From NCBI RefSeq assembly GCF_964213995.1, contig NC_135803.1, positions 30,256,001 through 30,320,000 of the forward strand: DNA of 64,000 nucleotides. The letters run 5' to 3'. Position 1 is the stretch's first letter. Each line of letters opens with the position of its first letter. The stretch comes from Mustelus asterias. Its lineage: Eukaryota. Below the pieces are notes generated by a model. That model ran no database searches and was not told the DNA's origin. It saw nothing but the letters and a program-made list of their open reading frames with translations. Below, in pieces: positions 61,141-64,000 of the stretch. The position numbers were made by a program, and so were the translations under genes.

Positions 61141-64000
61141 TTATCAGCAGTTTCTGTTGTATCGCTTTGTTGGGGAGCCCACTAAACCAAATGGTACCGC
61201 AAAGTATCTTGCAGGAACCCTAAGCCGGGAATCGAACCTGGGTCCGTAACGCTGTGAGGCAGCAGTGCTAACCACTGTGCCACCGTGCTGCCCGTTTGCA
61301 TTACTCCAAAAGTAGAGATTATTAACTATTGCAGATACTAGTTTTGTGGAGATCAACCCAGATAGTTCGATGTTGATGCCAAGATGTTGGAAGTTAACTA
61401 TCACTCTACAATGAGGGAAACTGAAGTCAAAACTTTGTTCTTCTCCAAAAAGTGGATTTGAGAGGTTTTGTTTGGTGGTATGCAGTGCAGGGGCTGGGGG
61501 AGTGTTGGGGGAATGAAGGAATTGTTTTATTGTTATAATCTCCATGGAGACAGATAATTTTTCGAGAGAAAAGTGAACTTCTGGTTAACAGCTAAACGAG
61601 TGACATCTCGAGATTTGTGGGCACCTTGATTCCCCATTTAACTTTTAGCACAGCCAAAAATCTCCTGCTGTGGTTCGATGTTACACTCTCCTTTATGTGG
61701 GCACTTCATCCTCCAAGAACCAGATTTAAATTATTCTCAGTTCCTGATGGCTTGTTTGCTTTTTACTTTCCCAACCAGGTAAAACAATTGATCTCAAAAC
61801 TTTCACTGTGAGAATTACATTGTAGATTATTTTCCTCCAGCTCCAAGTTAGGTGAGTCTTCTACCCTCCTTTAAATTCTCACAAACTCGGTCTTCAATCT
61901 GAGCACAAGCTCCCATCTGTGTTTTACATGGTGAACAATAAAGTCGATATTTTCTCTGCTTTAGGTGCAGGTCTGGCTGCCTCTGTCATGCTTTCTGCCT
62001 CTCAGATGATTACAGACCACATCAAACAGAAATGGCATCTGTCAGTTATATTCATGGATTTGAAGTGACACCTGATCTGAAAAAAATGGTTTCCTCTGCC
62101 TGTGAAACACTAGCCTTGTATCTAGGTAGAATTGCTAAGTAGCTTATCTTTGATCTATACTCCCCTTCACTTCAGAAATATGTTTAAGTTTATTTATTAG
62201 TGTCACAAGTTGGCTTACATTAATACTGCAATGAAGTTATTGTGAAAATCCCCTGGTTGCCACACTCCAGTGCCTGTGCAGGTACAGTAAGGGGCAATTT
62301 AGCATAACCAATGCACCTAACCAGCACGTCTTTTGGACTGTGGGAGGAAACCCACGCAGACATGGGGAGAACATGCAGACTCTGCACAGACAGTGACCCA
62401 AGTGAATAATTTACAGCACAACAGTTTACAACCTGATACCAGCACTTTTCTGGGACCTTTTGGAAACTCAAGGTCTACTCCTGGTACACTCAGAGACTGT
62501 TGCATTAAGCGTGAATATCTTGCATCTTCTCAGTAAAACAATCCTAGCCTCTCTTTAATCCCTAACAATCAAACCATCCATGCTTACTGTCAGGTAGACT
62601 GCAGAACAAGGGCACATGATGCTGTTCAGTTACCCCAAATTCCCAAAGTATAATAATTCTATAAACAAAAAGATACAGTCCCAAAACATATTCTTATAAG
62701 CCTCACAACTGTAATATTACAATTGAATAAATCTATTTAAAAGTAAATTTGGTGCTTTCAATCTATCCACATTCCGGAGGGAGTAGTCATTTTTATTTTT
62801 ATTTCTACATACTATGGTGCCATCATTTGCTCAGCCACTAAAAAGAATATAGATATGTTTTTATGTTATTTGAATATGGAACAAAGACCAGTAATGTGAA
62901 CATAATTGCCGAAAACCGTGTTCTTGAAAATCCATGTCTTGTTTTCTGAATGATGCTGATGATGTTGGAAAATGATGAATTTCAGGACTGAAGACATTGT
63001 AAAGACGTATGCATATAAATTATTAAACAAGCTAATGAATAGTGAGCTTAAATTGCTGAGATTGAAACACAGGTTTTCATCGCAGTAGTGGATAATGTAC
63101 GAACTAAGATTGGTGGAATACAAAAGGCAGTATATTGTTATAGAGTGTATTGCAAATAGTGTATTGCAAAAATAGGGCTCAGGGAAAACTGTGATGGGAA
63201 GTAATAGTGTAGTGTGAAAAGTCATGAAGTCCTCAACCCTGTTTCACTGGATGGTACTAAAACATCGATCATGCTGCATCCAGCAGGAAGCAGACCACAG
63301 AGAAAATGGTTTAAAAAAATAGGTGCAATATTTTGCACCACACGAATTTCTTTTTACTGACATGACCAGGTTGGTGGCTTGAACAAGCCACTCTTATGAT
63401 TTCTCTCAAGATGTTCCCTGCACAAGTTTCAGATGTGAGACTCATGTCCTATTCCGTATGGAATGTTAAATGATGAACGTTTTGAAGAATAAATGAAATT
63501 AATTCACAAATATATTAATGTTTCTAGATTTATGAATCTGTTAAAAGGATAAGAAGGAATTATCCAACAGCCACCATCTGACCAAAACAAAGGAGTCGGC
63601 ATCCCTGTCTCCTCTTTTGCTGTAGGTGATGTTGATGGAATTCAATGCAGTAATTTCCTCAACTGCTTAGTAGTTAGAGCCCTGCATCGAACGGAAGAAC
63701 AGCAAGTGCAGATTGGGAACTGACAAACAATTACTCCCTGCGATTGATCTCAAAATGGACAAAGTCTCTGCCTAATGAAAGAATGTGGAATTCTCTACTG
63801 ATGTTGTTTGTTTGTAGCAGAACAAGCTGTGAAAATATAAACAGAACTTATCAATCCTTTCAGACGTGAAACATTTTTTTCTTCACAGTTCTGCAATGGA
63901 ATGTCCATCTGCAGGAGAGTGAAATACTAAAATAAAAATACTGTAGACGCTGGAAATCTGAAATAAAAACTGAAAGTGCTGTAACAGTCATATGGACCCA

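Overview
This is eukaryotic genomic DNA, very probably from a shark or other elasmobranch, judged from its HER1/CR1-type LINEs and HE1-type V-SINEs. Three host genes can be reconstructed by hand from splice sites. (1) The 5' part of IQCG (DRC9) lies on the - strand, with four confident coding exons at 7906-19025; the rest is presumably off the left edge. (2) A complete 5-exon RPL35A lies on the + strand (~22226-27990, 110 aa, 5'TOP), head-to-head with IQCG across a ~0.6-kb promoter that contains an RFX X-box. (3) A 3-exon C2orf72-like gene lies on the + strand (39612-59020). The remainder is dominated by CR1, L2, Rex1 and Tx1 LINE fragments, SINEs, solo LTRs, Gypsy relics, MITEs and two families of Penelope-like element (PLE) derivatives. 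The most notable signal is two apparently independent insertions of a hammerhead-ribozyme PLE family at the same homologous nucleotide of the CR1 reverse-transcriptase gene, with homologous ~12-bp TSDs and the same relative orientation; both host CR1s also abut a second PLE family. Other highlights are a ~3.2-kb palindromic PLE with a nested inversion and a solo LTR inside an IQCG intron, and several template-switch palindromes. Most short ORFs in the supplied track are spurious or repeat-derived. All family names come from motif recognition, not database searches.
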